A DNA stretch of 64,000 nucleotides from Buchnera aphidicola (Microlophium carnosum) (GTDB lineage: Bacteria; Pseudomonadota; Gammaproteobacteria; Enterobacterales; Enterobacteriaceae), in contig CP048747.1 of the NCBI GenBank assembly GCA_011752475.1, positions 77,584 through 141,583 on the forward strand. Reading direction: 5' to 3'. The translations under genes were made by a program, and so were the position numbers. Of the stretch, positions 10,192-22,551 are shown piece by piece; position 1 is the first letter of the stretch, and each line of letters opens with the position of its first letter. The notes under the pieces are model-generated. The model saw only the letters and a program-made list of their open reading frames with translations. It was not told the origin of the DNA and did no database searches.

Positions 10192-13097
10192 ATGAGTATA
10201 TATCAGAGATGCTTATCTAAATCTTTGATTTTTTTTTCTACGTTCTTTGTAATTTTTTTATTATTTATAGAAAGTAATATTGGATTTAAATATTTTTTTA
10301 ATTTTACTAGTCGTTTTTTTATAGGATTAAAAGCAGAAGAAATATCGGGAAATTGGCGTGATTTTACTTTAAAAAATGCTGAATATAATGCTTTTGGTAT
10401 TTCAATGAGAACAAATAGTGTACATGTGATTCTAGATACTCAATCTCTATTTAAAATGGAAACAAGTTTTAAAGAAATTAAAACAAAAACTTTGATCGTT
10501 TCATCAGAAAACAATATATCCCATAATTTTTTAAAAAAAAATACATCTCTTAATATTTTTAAAAAAAATATTTTTATAAAATATCCCTTAATTTTTCGAA
10601 AAATACATGCAGATAAAATTTTTTTTAAATCGCCAGGAGTACATATATGTTTTTTAAATGTTTTAAGTAGTATAGAGTTAGTTAAAAATAATATTATTTT
10701 TTCACCTACTTATATAAATTCTATTTATTTATCATCAAAGGTTGATTTAAAAAAAAAAATATTTTAAATCATTCAACTTTGAAAGAGAAATTTAATAAAT
10801 ATAAAAAAATATATAGTTTTTTACAATTTTTTTCATATGAACAAAAAAACTTTATTCCCTTAAATATTAATTTTAAATCTTTAAAATGTAATAAAATAAA
10901 ATTTATAGATTATAAAAATAATAATGTCTTTAAAGTAGAGTTCAAAGCTAAAATAGAAAATAGTATTTTAAAAATAAAGAATCTAAAAATAGATTCTTCT
11001 TTTTTAAAAACAAATTCTTATGGAAAAATTTTTTTTAATAATCATGGTTCAACTTCATGTTTTATCAATACTGGAATAATGACGCCGATATTTCATAACA
11101 AAATTATGCATGTTTCATTTACAGCAGGTTTAAGTACTCATAATAAATTTAAATTTAAATTAAAATCTAAAGATTTATATAATATTAAAATTTATGGATT
11201 AGTTTTTTTAAACAGTGTAGATTATCCATTTTTTATAAAATTAAAGAGTAACAATTTATCTTTACCAATTAAAAAAGATTATATATTAAAATTAGATAAT
11301 TTTAATGGTGTTTTGAAAGGAAAAATTAATAATTATTTTTTATCTTTAAAAAATATTTTTACTCTACAAGGTTTTCCTTCAATATTTATTGATATTAAAG
11401 GAAGCGGTAATTTACAGAATATATTTTTAAAAAAAATTAAATTTATTCCAGTTAAACAAAAAAATTTTTATAAAAAAATAATTAATTTAAAAGAAAATAT
11501 TCAACATAATAAATATATATTAAAATTAATAGGAAAAATGAATATAGCAGGAAACTATGATAATAATATAAGTAATTTATATATTCCTAAAATACATTTA
11601 GATGGTAATATCATAAGAAAACAATTCTCTGTACTAGGCTCTCTATACTATAAAAACTTTAATTGTATAGATATTCCTGGAATAGATTTATTTTTAGGAA
11701 AGAATAAATTACATTTCAATGGTTCGTTAGGAAACAAATATAATATTTATTCATCTTTTTATGCTAATAATTTAAATTATTTTACACCTAATTTAAAAGG
11801 TAGAATTAAAGCAAAATTAAATTGTTACGGCGATTATTTATTTCCTACTATTACCAGTCAAATTTTAGCTAGTGATTTAGATTGGAATAATACATATTTA
11901 AAAAATATAAAAATATCTACGAAAATAAATATGAATAATAAATTTTTAGGAAAAATATTAATAGACGCAAAAAAAATTCATTTTAATAATTTTTATATTA
12001 ATACTTTACGTATTCACACTTGTTCTTATAATAATAAACAACATTTTTCTTTTTTATTAAAAAGTCATAAACTATATATAAATTTAATAATCAATGGATT
12101 TTTTAATAAAAAAACAGGAAATTGGAAAGGTTTTTTTAAAAAAGTCAAGATTCAAACTTTTTTAGGACAAGTCAATGCAAAAAAAAATAATTTAATTAAT
12201 TATTATGATTCTAATAATAATATCAGTAATTTTTATCAAGAAAATATTAGAAAAAGAGATAATTTTTTATCCTTTTTACATAACATAAAAATATCTTTTT
12301 TTAATATATTTAATCCAGAACTGCTGAATTTTAAAAGTGAATTATCTATTAATTCACAATTTCAATGGAAATTGAAAAAAAATATTTATGATAGTAAATT
12401 AATTCTAATAGGCAATAATATAAAATTAGAAAAAAAGATCAATAAAAAAATTTTTATTGAAAATATAGATTATTTTAAAATATCTATTCATTTAATAAAT
12501 AATGATTTGAAAAGTAAATGGATGGTAAACAAGATAAGAGACTCATTGCAAAAAAACAGTATCGTAGGATATTTAAATATTATAGATATTTATGATAAAA
12601 AAAATATAGAAGGTGAATTTATTGTTGATCATTTCCCTTTTTCTTTTATAAATTTTTTTACTTTAAACTTTAAACAAGCAAATGGTATTTTTCAAAGTAA
12701 AATAAATATTTTTGGTACTTGGTATCAGCCTAAAGTTTCGGCTGATGTTAGTTTTCAAAATATTTTTATCAGAAGTAATAAAATATTAAAGTATATAACT
12801 TTATTTTTTCCTTATTTTTCAGGAAAAATAGATATTATAAAAATTAATCAAGAAATTATAATAGACAAAGGAAATATATTATTTACACTACATCCATTTC
12901 TCAAGAATTCTACTAATATAGAATGGACTATTGCATTTAATAGTAAAAAAATATCAGTTTTGATTTTTCCTAAAATAAAACTAAAATTTTCTTCTCAATT
13001 GAATTTGCACTATTTACTTTCAAAATATGATTTAATTGGATATATAAGATTTTTATTATTTTATTTTAAAATTAATGAAAAAAATTTTATTTTTTAA
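10192..13097 (+). pseudogene. tamB: tamB/ytfN-like (AsmA-family) gene split by a frameshift in an A11 tract; C-terminus shortened; possibly still expressed through slippage
   Basis: ORF 10192..10767 has a TamB-like N-terminal anchor (…FFIGLKAEEISGNWRDFTLKNAEYNAFGISMRTNSVHV vs E. coli …[37 protein letters not shown]). ORF 10779..13097 lies in the other frame, which is already open from 10746 through the A11 run at 10749-10759. GTWYQPKVSADVSFQNIF resembles the start of DUF490. In E. coli, ppa lies close downstream of tamB (recalled from memory). Confidence 0.7.
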
Positions 13098-13131
13098 ATA
13101 TATTACAAATATTATTTATATCAAAAAAATA

Positions 13132-13665
13132 TTATTGTTGTTGCTTAGCACGATTATATGCATTTTTAATTTCTAATTTCGCATCTTGACAATCTCCCCA
13201 TCCAACAATTTTTACCCATTTTCTTTTTTCTAGGTTTTTATAATGTTGAAAAAAATGAGAAATCTGTTTTTTTAATAATTCTGGTATATCTGATATATCA
13301 TTTATATTTTTGTATTCTTTACAAATTTTACTTTTAGGAACTGCTATAATTTTAGCATCATCACCTGATTCATCTTGCATTTTTAAGATTCCAACAGGTT
13401 TGCAGTGAATAACACAGTTCGATTGTATTGGATAGTATGAAGATACTAAAACATCTAAAGGATCACCATCTAGAGATAAAGTTTGATTAATATAACCGTA
13501 GTTACAAGGATAAAACATGGGAGTAGGTATAAAACGATCTACGAAAAGCATACCTGATTTTTTATCTATTTCATATTTAATAGGAGATGAGTTTGATGGT
13601 ATTTCTATAATAACGTATATATCATTTGGTATATCATCACCGGCAATAATTTTTTTGAAATTCAT
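13132..13665 (-). CDS. ppa: Inorganic pyrophosphatase
   Basis: [60 protein letters not shown] is near-identical to E. coli Ppa. The ATG at 13665 (AAGGA Shine-Dalgarno upstream) is preferred over the TTG at 13683. Confidence 0.95.
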   Translation of the reverse strand: MNFKKIIAGDDIPNDIYVIIEIPSNSSPIKYEIDKKSGMLFVDRFIPTPMFYPCNYGYINQTLSLDGDPLDVLVSSYYPIQSNCVIHCKPVGILKMQDESGDDAKIIAVPKSKICKEYKNINDISDIPELLKKQISHFFQHYKNLEKRKWVKIVGWGDCQDAKLEIKNAYNRAKQQQ

Positions 13666-13860
13666 TTTTTTCCTTAATAACAATCTTTGATTGTTCTAGT
13701 ATATTAGTTAAATGAGCAAATAATCATATGACATTCAATAAATTTTAACATTGAAGAATAATTATATCTATATTTTATACAAAGTAATTTATTTTAATTT
13801 TAAGTATTTTTTAATATAATCTTTATATATAAAAAAATATTTTTACAAGGGTTAATATAT

Positions 13861-15201
13861 ATGGAATTAATTAAGGAAATCGAAAAAGAAGAATTATTTC
13901 TTATGAATGTAGTTAAAGAAACTCTTCAACTATCTAAAAATAAAAGTACTGCTGTTGAAGTATTTGTCAAAAAAACAATAGGTATTAGTGTTACTATAAG
14001 AAATAGTATTATTGAAAATGTAGAGTTTAATAGTGACGGTGCATTATTTATAACAGTATATAATAAATTCTCTAAAGGTAGTGTTTCATCAAAAGATTTT
14101 AGTATCAATAGTATTGAAAAAATGTTAGATATAGCTATCAATATTTCAAAGTATTCATCTTCTGATTTTTTTTCAGGTTTGCCAGATATAAAGTTATTAT
14201 GTTTCCATTGTATAGAACTTAACTTATTTCATCCATGGGAATTTAATGTGAAAAATGCAATTGATCTTTGTGTCTCATCAGAGAAAGCAGCTTTTAAATT
14301 TGACAAGAGAATTATTAATAGCGAAGGTAGTTTTTTTAATAGTTATGCAACTATAAATGTTTTTGGAAATAGTCTAGGTATGTTAGAAAAATATAAATCT
14401 ACTCGTTATTCAACTTATAACTGTATAGTTGCTAAAGATAAAAATTCTATGCAAAGAGATTTTGATTATTCTGTTTCAAGAAAAATAGACAATTTAGTAA
14501 AACCGGAAATATTAGGTCAAAAAACTGCTGAACGAGTCATATCTAGACTAGGTTCTCGAAAAATACATACTATGAAATCTCCAGTTATTTTTTCATCGGA
14601 AATATCTCATATCTTTTTTTCGCATCTTGTTCATGCTATTAGTGGTGATAATGTTTATCAAAAATCTACATTTTTAATTAATGATTTAAAAATGAGAATT
14701 TTCCCTGATTGGCTGAATATCGAAGAAAATCCTCATTTAAAAGAAGGATTAGGAAGCAAACCTTTTGATAATGAAGGTGTAATTACAACAAATAAATATA
14801 TTATTCAAAACGGAATATTACAAACTTGGTTATTAAATAGTTACAATGCACGTAAACTTAAATTAAAAAGTACAGGAAATTGCGGTGGAATTTATAATTG
14901 GTTGATTTCAAATAGCAACATATCTTTTGAAGAGCTTTTAAAAAAGATGAATCAGGGAGTATTAGTAACAGAATTAATGGGACAAGGTGTAGATATAATC
15001 AGTGGTAATTATTCACGTGGAGCAGTAGGTTTTTGGGTTGAAAAAGGAAAAATTTCTTATCCTATTAATGAAATTACTATATCTGGTAATTTAAAAAATA
15101 TGTGGAATAATATTATTGATATTAGTACTGATATTGATAGTCGTAATAATATTCAATGTGGATCAGTATTATTATCTGAAATGCAGATTTCTGGAAATTA
15201 A
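13861..15201 (+). CDS. pmbA: Metalloprotease PmbA/TldE
   Basis: 446 aa. [29 protein letters not shown] matches E. coli Pmb[30 protein letters not shown]. Confidence 0.9.
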   Translation: MELIKEIEKEELFLMNVVKETLQLSKNKSTAVEVFVKKTIGISVTIRNSIIENVEFNSDGALFITVYNKFSKGSVSSKDFSINSIEKMLDIAINISKYSSSDFFSGLPDIKLLCFHCIELNLFHPWEFNVKNAIDLCVSSEKAAFKFDKRIINSEGSFFNSYATINVFGNSLGMLEKYKSTRYSTYNCIVAKDKNSMQRDFDYSVSRKIDNLVKPEILGQKTAERVISRLGSRKIHTMKSPVIFSSEISHIFFSHLVHAISGDNVYQKSTFLINDLKMRIFPDWLNIEENPHLKEGLGSKPFDNEGVITTNKYIIQNGILQTWLLNSYNARKLKLKSTGNCGGIYNWLISNSNISFEELLKKMNQGVLVTELMGQGVDIISGNYSRGAVGFWVEKGKISYPINEITISGNLKNMWNNIIDISTDIDSRNNIQCGSVLLSEMQISGN

Positions 15202-15277
15202 ATTACATTCTTGAATGCTTTAAACATTAATCAATTAAAGGTAATAAACTTATTACCTTTATAGAAATTTTTTAGAC

Positions 15278-15644
15278 TGGTGAAGTTGACCTGTAAGCCG
15301 GGTTCTGTTTTAACAGTCATTCATCTAGATTAGTAATTACTTACTAACTCAAGCAGCCTACCCAGGTTTATAAAGTACGAGCAATACGCAATAATTTATC
15401 CTATATTTGGCTTTGCTCCGGGTGGAGTTTACCATGCCATAAATTGTTACCAATTATGCGGTGTGCTTTTACCACACCTTTTCACCCTGGCCATATTTTT
15501 TATTAAAAAATAGGTGGTTTTTTTTCTGTTGCACTAGTCATAAGCTTACGCTTTCCAGATGTTATCTGGCACCCTGCTCTATGGAGCCCGGACTTTCCTC
15601 TTTTTAATTTTTAAAAATTAAACAGCGACTGTTTGGTCAACTTC
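15278..15644 (-). ncRNA. rnpB: RNase P RNA (M1 RNA)
   Basis: The minus strand reads GAAGTTGACCAAACAGTCGC...GAGGAAAGTCCGGGCTCCATAGAGCAGGGTGCCAG...GGTAAACTCCACCCGGAGCAAAGCCAAATA...GGGTAGGCTGCTTGAG...CTAGATGAATGACTGT...ACAGAACCCGGCTTACAGGTCAACTTCACC. All universally conserved type-A RNase P blocks are present and colinear with E. coli rnpB. This is a clear GC-richer island in the window, judged by eye. Confidence 0.95.
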
Positions 15645-15676
15645 AAGATTAATGATACATTATTCATGTAATATTG

Positions 15677-16525
15677 TCACTCTTCTTTTTTTATCACGTA
15701 TTGATATAAATTATTTTTACTAATCTTATGTATTTGGGAAGTAATTAAAACTGATGTTTTTAATGAAAAAAAATTTCTTAATATTAAAAATGTATCCAAG
15801 ATTTTTTTTGATAAATTATCTGTTTTTAATTTTTTAAAACCATCAACAATAATTACTATTTCTCCTTGATAACGATATTTATCAGCTTTAAGCCATTGAA
15901 GCATTACACTTGCTTTTGCTCCATAAATAGATTCCCATTTTTTTGTAATTTCTCTTGCTATTACTACGTGTCTATTTTTATCTATTTGTTCTATTATATC
16001 TTGTATACTTTCAAGTATCCTATATTTAGATTCATAAAAAATAATTGTTCGTGTTTCTTCTTTTAAAGAATAGAGTAAATCACGTCTTGCTTTTTTTTTA
16101 GAAGGCAAGAATCCTTCATAGCAAAAACGATTATTTATTATTCCAGAAGCACTTAATGCTGTAATAGCAGCACAAGGTCCTGGAAGAGGAATAACTGTTA
16201 TATTACAAGAATGGCATTTTTTTATTAATATACCGCCAGGATCATTAATAATTGGAGTGCCTGCATTAGAAACTAAAGCAATTTTTTTTCCTTTTTTTAG
16301 TTCTTGAATTAAGTTATCACTTTGTTTTTTTTCATTATCTTTATTCATTAATATTAAATAGTTTTTAATATTAAAATGTTGAAGTAAAATATTAGTATGT
16401 CTAATATTTTCAGCTACAATTATATGAACATCTTTCAATATTTTTAATGCCCTATAACTTATATCTGAAAGGTTACCGATAGGAGTTGGTACAATATAAA
16501 GTATACCAATGTAAAATTCATTCAT
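15677..16525 (-). CDS. rsmI: 16S rRNA (cytidine1402-2'-O)-methyltransferase RsmI (YraL)
   Basis: 282 aa. LYIVPTPIGNLSDISYRALKILKDVHIIVAE.. and VSNAGTPIINDPG are tetrapyrrole-methylase/RsmI signatures. Confidence 0.88.
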   Translation of the reverse strand: MNEFYIGILYIVPTPIGNLSDISYRALKILKDVHIIVAENIRHTNILLQHFNIKNYLILMNKDNEKKQSDNLIQELKKGKKIALVSNAGTPIINDPGGILIKKCHSCNITVIPLPGPCAAITALSASGIINNRFCYEGFLPSKKKARRDLLYSLKEETRTIIFYESKYRILESIQDIIEQIDKNRHVVIAREITKKWESIYGAKASVMLQWLKADKYRYQGEIVIIVDGFKKLKTDNLSKKILDTFLILRNFFSLKTSVLITSQIHKISKNNLYQYVIKKEE

Positions 16526-16670
16526 TTTTTTTATCCATAAAATATCGTTATATGTATGATGAGAAATTAAATTAATTTAAATATTTTATTGTGCATGTAA
16601 AATTGCGCTTTGATTTTTTATTACTAGTTTTTATTAGATATATAATTTTTCATAAATTTAAGGATTAAAA

Positions 16671-17891
16671 GTGAGACGAGTAGTGATAACAGGTATTGGT
16701 ATTATTTCGAGCATTGGTAATAAAAAAAAAGAAGTCCTTGATTCTTTATATAATGGTGCTTCCGGAATTGTTTTTTCAGAAGAAATGAAAAAATTAGGAA
16801 TGCGTAGTAACATTTGGGGTAATATTAAATTAAAAAGTATGAATATGATATCACAGAAATTGTCTCGATTTATGAATAATGCCTCTAGATATTCTTTTTT
16901 GGCGATGATTGAAGCTATCAAAGATGCCAATATAGAAAGTGCAGAATATCAGAAAAATCCTCGTGTTGGATTAATTGCTGGATCAGGATGTAGTTTTTCA
17001 AAAAATATTATTGAATCTAATATAAATACTATGAAAAATACAGGTTTTTTAAACTATATTAGCCCTTATCTTGCAGTTAAAACTATGCCTTCTGGAATAT
17101 CGGCTTGTTTATCTACTTTTTTTAAAATTTATGGAATAACTTATTCTATAAGTTCAGCTTGTGCTACTTCTGCACATTGTATTGGACATGCATTTGAATT
17201 AATTCAGTTTGGTAGACAAGATATTATTTTTGCAGGTGGAGGTGAAGAGGTGAGTTTAGAATTAGCTAGTCAATTTGATGCAATGCGAGTGCTCTCTACA
17301 AATTTTAACAGTAATCCTGTGAAATCATCACGTGTATACGATATAAATCGTGATGGTTTTGTTATTTCAGGTGGTGCAGGAATGCTAGTTATTGAAGAAT
17401 TGAGTTCTGCTTTATCTCGTTCTGCTCATATTTATGCAGAAATCATCGGATATGCAGCAACATCTGATGGTTTTAATATGGTATCACCTTCAGGAAATGG
17501 AGCGCTTCGCTGTATGAATTTAGCAAGAAAAGATAAAAATATCTCCATTGATTACGTTAATGTACATGGAACTTCGACGAAAACTGGTGATTTAATAGAA
17601 CTAAAAGCAATTAAAAAAGTGTTCTTAAATGAAAAAAAACCAATGATTTCAGCAACAAAATCAATGACAGGTCATTCGTTAGGAGCTTCAGGAGTACATG
17701 AAATTATTTATACTCTATTAATGTTAAAATATGATTTTATTGCTCCTTCAATCAATATTGAAACATTAGAATCTTGTGCAAAAGATATGAATATTATTCA
17801 AAAAACTACAAATATAAAAATTAGAACAGCGATGTCTAACAGTTTTGGTTTTGGTGGCACTAACGCTTCATTAATAATAAAAAAATATTGA
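16671..17891 (+). CDS. fabB: 3-oxoacyl-ACP synthase I
   Basis: GTG start after AAGGA. MRRVVITGIGIISSIGNKKKEVLDSLYNGASGIVFS vs E. coli FabB [36 protein letters not shown]. Active-site region SSACATSAHCIG and C-terminal NSFGFGGTNASL are present. Confidence 0.93.
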   Translation: MRRVVITGIGIISSIGNKKKEVLDSLYNGASGIVFSEEMKKLGMRSNIWGNIKLKSMNMISQKLSRFMNNASRYSFLAMIEAIKDANIESAEYQKNPRVGLIAGSGCSFSKNIIESNINTMKNTGFLNYISPYLAVKTMPSGISACLSTFFKIYGITYSISSACATSAHCIGHAFELIQFGRQDIIFAGGGEEVSLELASQFDAMRVLSTNFNSNPVKSSRVYDINRDGFVISGGAGMLVIEELSSALSRSAHIYAEIIGYAATSDGFNMVSPSGNGALRCMNLARKDKNISIDYVNVHGTSTKTGDLIELKAIKKVFLNEKKPMISATKSMTGHSLGASGVHEIIYTLLMLKYDFIAPSINIETLESCAKDMNIIQKTTNIKIRTAMSNSFGFGGTNASLIIKKY

Positions 17892-18036
17892 TAAATATAT
17901 CACTAATCATTTAAATATTTTCAATAAAATTAATCTGTAGATATATTAAAAATATTTATGAAATTTTTTGAAAATTATTTTTATATTAAGAAAATATATA
18001 TTTTTTATGTGTGTTTATTTAATTTATACTAGTTAG

Positions 18037-18077
18037 AAAAAATCATTTTAATATTTTTAATATTAAAATGATTTTTT
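18037..18077 (+). terminator. Rho-independent terminator candidate downstream of fabB
   Basis: Perfect 19-bp inverted repeat: aaaaaatcattttaatatt (18037-18055), loop ttt, aatattaaaatgatttttt (18059-18077), ending in a T6 run. AT-rich stem. Confidence 0.6.
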
Positions 18078-18177
18078 GTTATTAATATATAATGTTTTAA
18101 TTAGTACTGAGTAGAAATATATTTATTATTTTTTCATTGATATATTTTTAAATTTAAATTTTTTATTTTTAAGAAAA

Positions 18178-19140
18178 ATGAGATTAACTATGAATCAATT
18201 AAATGCTTTAAAACAATTTTCAACGATAGTTGCAGATACTAGTGATATAGAATCTATTTGCAAGTATACACCAGAAGATGCTACTACTAATCCATCTTTG
18301 ATACTTAAAGCAGTAAGTTTGAGTGTTAATCAAATTTTTATAGATCAAGCTATAGAATATGCAAGAAAGAAAGGGGGTTTATATAAAGAACAAATAATTA
18401 ATGCAAGCGATAAAATATTAGTTGATCTTGGAATAGCAATTTTAAATAAAATACCAGGTTATGTTTCTAGTGAAGTTGATGCTCGATTGTCTTTTAGTAC
18501 AGAAAAATGTATTTTAAAAGCAAAAAAAATAATTAATTTGTATGAAGAACAAGGAATTCCTAGAAGAAGAGTGTTAATTAAATTAGCTGCTACATGGGAA
18601 TGTATAAAAGCTGCAGAAGAACTTAAAAAAGACAATATTCTTTGCAACTTAACTCTTTTGTTTTCCTTTGCTCAAGCACGCGCTTGCGCAGAAGCAAATG
18701 TTTTTTTAATATCTCCTTTTGTTGGTCGTATTTACGATTGGTATATTTCTCAAAACTTACTATCTAAATCTTTTTCAGGAAAAGATCCTGGTGTGATATC
18801 TGTTTGTAAAATATATGAATACTATAAAAAACATAATTATAAAACTATTATTATGGGAGCAAGCTTTCGTAATATCCAACAAATATTATATTTATCTGGA
18901 TGTGATCGACTAACTATTTCACCTGTTTTATTAAAAGAACTAGAATCTAATACTGGAAACATTGATAGACAACTTAATCCTCCTAGTTCTACTTCACTTC
19001 CTCCAATAAAACTTTCTGAAGAAGAATTTCGATGGGAACATAATCAAGATCCTATGGCTGTTCAAAAATTATCTGAAGGTATACGTATTTTTGGAAAAGA
19101 TCAATTATATCTAGAAGAAATATTCTCTAAAAAGATATAA
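18178..19140 (+). CDS. tal: Transaldolase
   Basis: [35 protein letters not shown] matches TalA/TalB. The catalytic-Lys region [19 protein letters not shown] is present. An alternative start at ATG 18190 (MNQLNAL...) fits E. coli length better. Confidence 0.93.
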   Translation: MRLTMNQLNALKQFSTIVADTSDIESICKYTPEDATTNPSLILKAVSLSVNQIFIDQAIEYARKKGGLYKEQIINASDKILVDLGIAILNKIPGYVSSEVDARLSFSTEKCILKAKKIINLYEEQGIPRRRVLIKLAATWECIKAAEELKKDNILCNLTLLFSFAQARACAEANVFLISPFVGRIYDWYISQNLLSKSFSGKDPGVISVCKIYEYYKKHNYKTIIMGASFRNIQQILYLSGCDRLTISPVLLKELESNTGNIDRQLNPPSSTSLPPIKLSEEEFRWEHNQDPMAVQKLSEGIRIFGKDQLYLEEIFSKKI

Positions 19141-19195
19141 AACGTTTTTTTAAAATAAAACTTCACTAGTAATATTTTAATCTAAAGGAAAATCT

Positions 19196-21193
19196 ATGTT
19201 TTTACGAAGAGAACTAGCTAATGCAATCCGAATATTAAGTATAGATGCTGTACAAAATGCGCAATCAGGTCATCCTGGTATGCCTATGGGAATGGCAGAT
19301 ATTGCTGAGGTTTTGTGGAGAAACTTTTTAAAACATAATCCAAGAAATCCTAATTGGACTGATCGCGATCGTTTTGTATTGTCTAATGGACATGGTTCTA
19401 TGTTATTGTATAGTTTGTTACATCTTACAGGATATGATTTATCAATAGAAGAGCTAAAAAATTTTAGACAACTTAATTCAAAAACTCCAGGACATCCTGA
19501 AACAGGTGAAACACCTGGTGTAGAAACAACTACCGGTCCATTAGGACAAGGATTGGCAAATGCTGTTGGTATGGCTATTGCAGAAAGAACTTTAAGTTCT
19601 TATTTTAATCGACCAGAACACGATATAGTTAATCATTATACTTGGGTTTTTGTAGGTGATGGTTGTTTAATGGAAGGAATTTCTCACGAAGTATGTTCTT
19701 TAGCAGGAACTTTAAGTCTTGGAAAATTAATTGTTTTTTATGATAAGAATGGTATTTCAATTGATGGAAAAACATCTAATTGGTTTACTGATGATACAGC
19801 AAAACGTTTTGAATCGTATAATTGGCATGTAGTAGATGCGATTGATGGTCATAATTCAGAATCTATAAAAAATAGTATAAAAGAAGCAAAATCAATCATA
19901 GACAAACCTTCAATTATTATTTGTAATACTATCATTGGTTTTGGTTCTCCTAATAAATCAGGCACAGCAGAATCGCATGGCGCTCCACTTGGTGAAGCAG
20001 AAATTGCTTTGACTCGAGAACAATTACATTGGAAGTATCCTCCTTTTGAAATACCTAAAAAAATTTATAAAGAATGGAATTTTGTAGAAAAAGGTTCTGA
20101 ACTTGAAAAAGAATGGAATAAAAAATTTTCTTCATATCAATCTAAATATTCTAATTTATCGTTAGAATATTTACGACGAATGAAAAAAGAATTACCTTTA
20201 AATTGGAGTAAGATAACAAATAATTATATTCATTTTTTACAGGAAAATAAAAAAAATATTGCTAGTCGAAAAGCTTCTCAAAATACATTAGAAAATTATG
20301 CTAAAATTTTGCCTGAGTTGATTGGTGGTTCAGCAGATCTATCGCCTAGTAACTTGACTATGTCGTCAGTTTCTAATTCTATTGTAGATCATTTATCTGG
20401 AAATTATATTCATTATGGAGTTCGTGAATTTGGAATGACAGCTATTGCAAATGGAATCTCTCATCATGGAGGTTTCATTCCTTATACTGCTACATTTTTA
20501 ATGTTTGTTGAATATGCACGTAATGCAGTTCGTATGGCTGCTTTAATGAATACTAAACATATTTTTGTATATACTCATGATTCTATTGGATTAGGTGAAG
20601 ATGGTCCTACGCATCAACCTGTAGAACAATTAGCTAGCTTAAGAATGACTCCTAATATAGATGTATGGAGACCTAGTGATCAAGTCGAAACAGCAATAGC
20701 TTGGAAACAAGCTATTGAAAAAAAATCAGGACCTACAGCATTAATTTTATCACGTCAAAATTTAGAACAATTTCATCGAGACTCCAAACAATTAGATAGT
20801 ATTTCTTATGGGGCATATATATTATACGATTCTAAAAAACCACTAGACGTTATTTTTATATCAACTGGTTCAGAACTGAATATTACTTTAATTGCTGCAA
20901 AAAAACTTGTGTCTTTAGGGTATTCTGTACGTGTCGTATCGATGCCTTCTACTAATGTTTTTGATAGACAAGATACTACTTATAAAGAACTTGTATTGCC
21001 ATCTTATGTTACTAAAAGAATTGTAGTTGAAGCAAGTATAGAAGATTTTTGGTATAAGTATGTAGGACTCAATGGTTTAATTATTGGCATGAAAACATTT
21101 GGTAACTCAGCTCCTGCTGAAGATTTATTTAAAAAGTTTGGTTTTACTACTGAAAATATAGTTGATCAATCGATAACTTTATTAAAATCTTAA
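19196..21193 (+). CDS. tkt: Transketolase
   Basis: 665 aa. [35 protein letters not shown] and [17 protein letters not shown] are transketolase signatures. Confidence 0.95.
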   Translation: MFLRRELANAIRILSIDAVQNAQSGHPGMPMGMADIAEVLWRNFLKHNPRNPNWTDRDRFVLSNGHGSMLLYSLLHLTGYDLSIEELKNFRQLNSKTPGHPETGETPGVETTTGPLGQGLANAVGMAIAERTLSSYFNRPEHDIVNHYTWVFVGDGCLMEGISHEVCSLAGTLSLGKLIVFYDKNGISIDGKTSNWFTDDTAKRFESYNWHVVDAIDGHNSESIKNSIKEAKSIIDKPSIIICNTIIGFGSPNKSGTAESHGAPLGEAEIALTREQLHWKYPPFEIPKKIYKEWNFVEKGSELEKEWNKKFSSYQSKYSNLSLEYLRRMKKELPLNWSKITNNYIHFLQENKKNIASRKASQNTLENYAKILPELIGGSADLSPSNLTMSSVSNSIVDHLSGNYIHYGVREFGMTAIANGISHHGGFIPYTATFLMFVEYARNAVRMAALMNTKHIFVYTHDSIGLGEDGPTHQPVEQLASLRMTPNIDVWRPSDQVETAIAWKQAIEKKSGPTALILSRQNLEQFHRDSKQLDSISYGAYILYDSKKPLDVIFISTGSELNITLIAAKKLVSLGYSVRVVSMPSTNVFDRQDTTYKELVLPSYVTKRIVVEASIEDFWYKYVGLNGLIIGMKTFGNSAPAEDLFKKFGFTTENIVDQSITLLKS

Positions 21194-21220
21194 CTTGATT
21201 TTTAAAAGTTTTTAATTTTT

Positions 21221-21248
21221 ATGGGGCTTAGTTATAGCCCCATTTTTT
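21221..21248 (+). terminator. Rho-independent terminator after tkt
   Basis: atggggct (21221-21228), loop tagttat, agccccat (21236-21243), followed by a T-run through 21248. GC-containing stem in AT-rich surroundings. Confidence 0.75.
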
Positions 21249-21300
21249 ATAAAAAATATTGATAATATTTTTTAGTATGAATCCTAGATTAGGAAGATAT

Positions 21301-22428
21301 ATGATTTGCTCAATCACTAAATTAGCACAAGAATTAATTTCTATTCCATCTATTAGTCCAAAAGATTTAGGTTGTCAGGATATTATTATTAAACGTTTAT
21401 GTGCAATAGGATTTAAAGTTAAAATAATTAATATTCATGATACAAAAAATTTTTGGGCTTTTAGAGGTACTGGAAAAACATTCACATTTGCAGGACATAC
21501 TGATGTAGTGCCACCCGGACCGGAACAAGATTGGTATACTAATCCTTTTGAACCAGTAATTAGAAATGGATTTTTATTTGGACGAGGTTCTTCAGATATG
21601 AAAGGTGCTTTAGCAGCTATGGTTATTGCTACTGAAAGATTTGTAAAAAAATTCCCAAAACACAAAGGACGTTTATCTTTTCTTATTACTTCGGATGAAG
21701 AGTCTAGTGCAGTTAATGGAACGACTAAAGTAGTAGAATATTTAACCTATAAAAATGATTTTATTGATTACTGTTTAGTAGGAGAACCTTCTAGTACTGC
21801 TGTAGTAGGTGATGTTATAAAAAATGGTCGACGTGGTTCAATTACGGCGAATTTAACTATTCATGGAATACAAGGTCATATTGCTTATCCTGATTTAGCA
21901 GATAATCCAATACATAAGGGATTACCGATCATTTTAAAGATATTATCTATACAATTAGACAATGGGAATGATTTTTTTTTACCTACGAGTATAAATATTG
22001 CAAATATTCATGCAGGAGATGGCACTAATAACATTATTCCAGGTTCCTTATTCGTTCAGTTTAATATTCGATTTAATACAGAAGTTTCTGAGAAAGATAT
22101 TCAATCTAAAATAGTCAATATATTAGATGAAAATAATATCAATTACTCTATCAAATGGTTGTTATCAGGAAAACCATTTCTTACTAAAAAAGGTTTATTA
22201 ATAACAACTGTAATACAATCTGTTTCTTATTTTAATAAGAAAAAACCTATTTTATCTACTTCTGGTGGAACTTCTGATGGTCGATTTATTTCCTTAACAG
22301 GTTCTGAAGTAGTCGAATTAGGATTAACTAATAGCACAATTCATAAAATGAATGAATGTGTAAAAATATCTGATTTGCAATTATTAAGTTGTATGTATGA
22401 AGATATCATGAAGAAGTTATTCACTTAA
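21301..22428 (+). CDS. dapE: Succinyl-diaminopimelate desuccinylase
   Basis: [33 protein letters not shown] vs E. coli [33 protein letters not shown]. ATG 21301, preceded by AGGAAG, gives 375 aa as in E. coli. The listed ORF start at 21259 is an upstream extension. Confidence 0.92.
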   Translation: MICSITKLAQELISIPSISPKDLGCQDIIIKRLCAIGFKVKIINIHDTKNFWAFRGTGKTFTFAGHTDVVPPGPEQDWYTNPFEPVIRNGFLFGRGSSDMKGALAAMVIATERFVKKFPKHKGRLSFLITSDEESSAVNGTTKVVEYLTYKNDFIDYCLVGEPSSTAVVGDVIKNGRRGSITANLTIHGIQGHIAYPDLADNPIHKGLPIILKILSIQLDNGNDFFLPTSINIANIHAGDGTNNIIPGSLFVQFNIRFNTEVSEKDIQSKIVNILDENNINYSIKWLLSGKPFLTKKGLLITTVIQSVSYFNKKKPILSTSGGTSDGRFISLTGSEVVELGLTNSTIHKMNECVKISDLQLLSCMYEDIMKKLFT

Positions 22429-22551
22429 TTCCTTGAAAATTATTTTTCTAATTTTTTATTATAAGTAATGCAGAATATCATGAAGATAGTCTGCATTAAT
22501 TGACATAAATAATGTTTAACTTAAAAACATTTTTTTAAAACATGATATGTT

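Noticed and set aside
15237-15260. Perfect 10-bp hairpin (aaaggtaata / tattaccttt, loop aact) between the pmbA stop and the rnpB 3' end, considered as a bidirectional terminator.
   Set aside because: There is no adjacent U-tract on either strand and the stem has only two G:C pairs. It may help define the rnpB 3' end, but the sequence alone does not support calling it a terminator.
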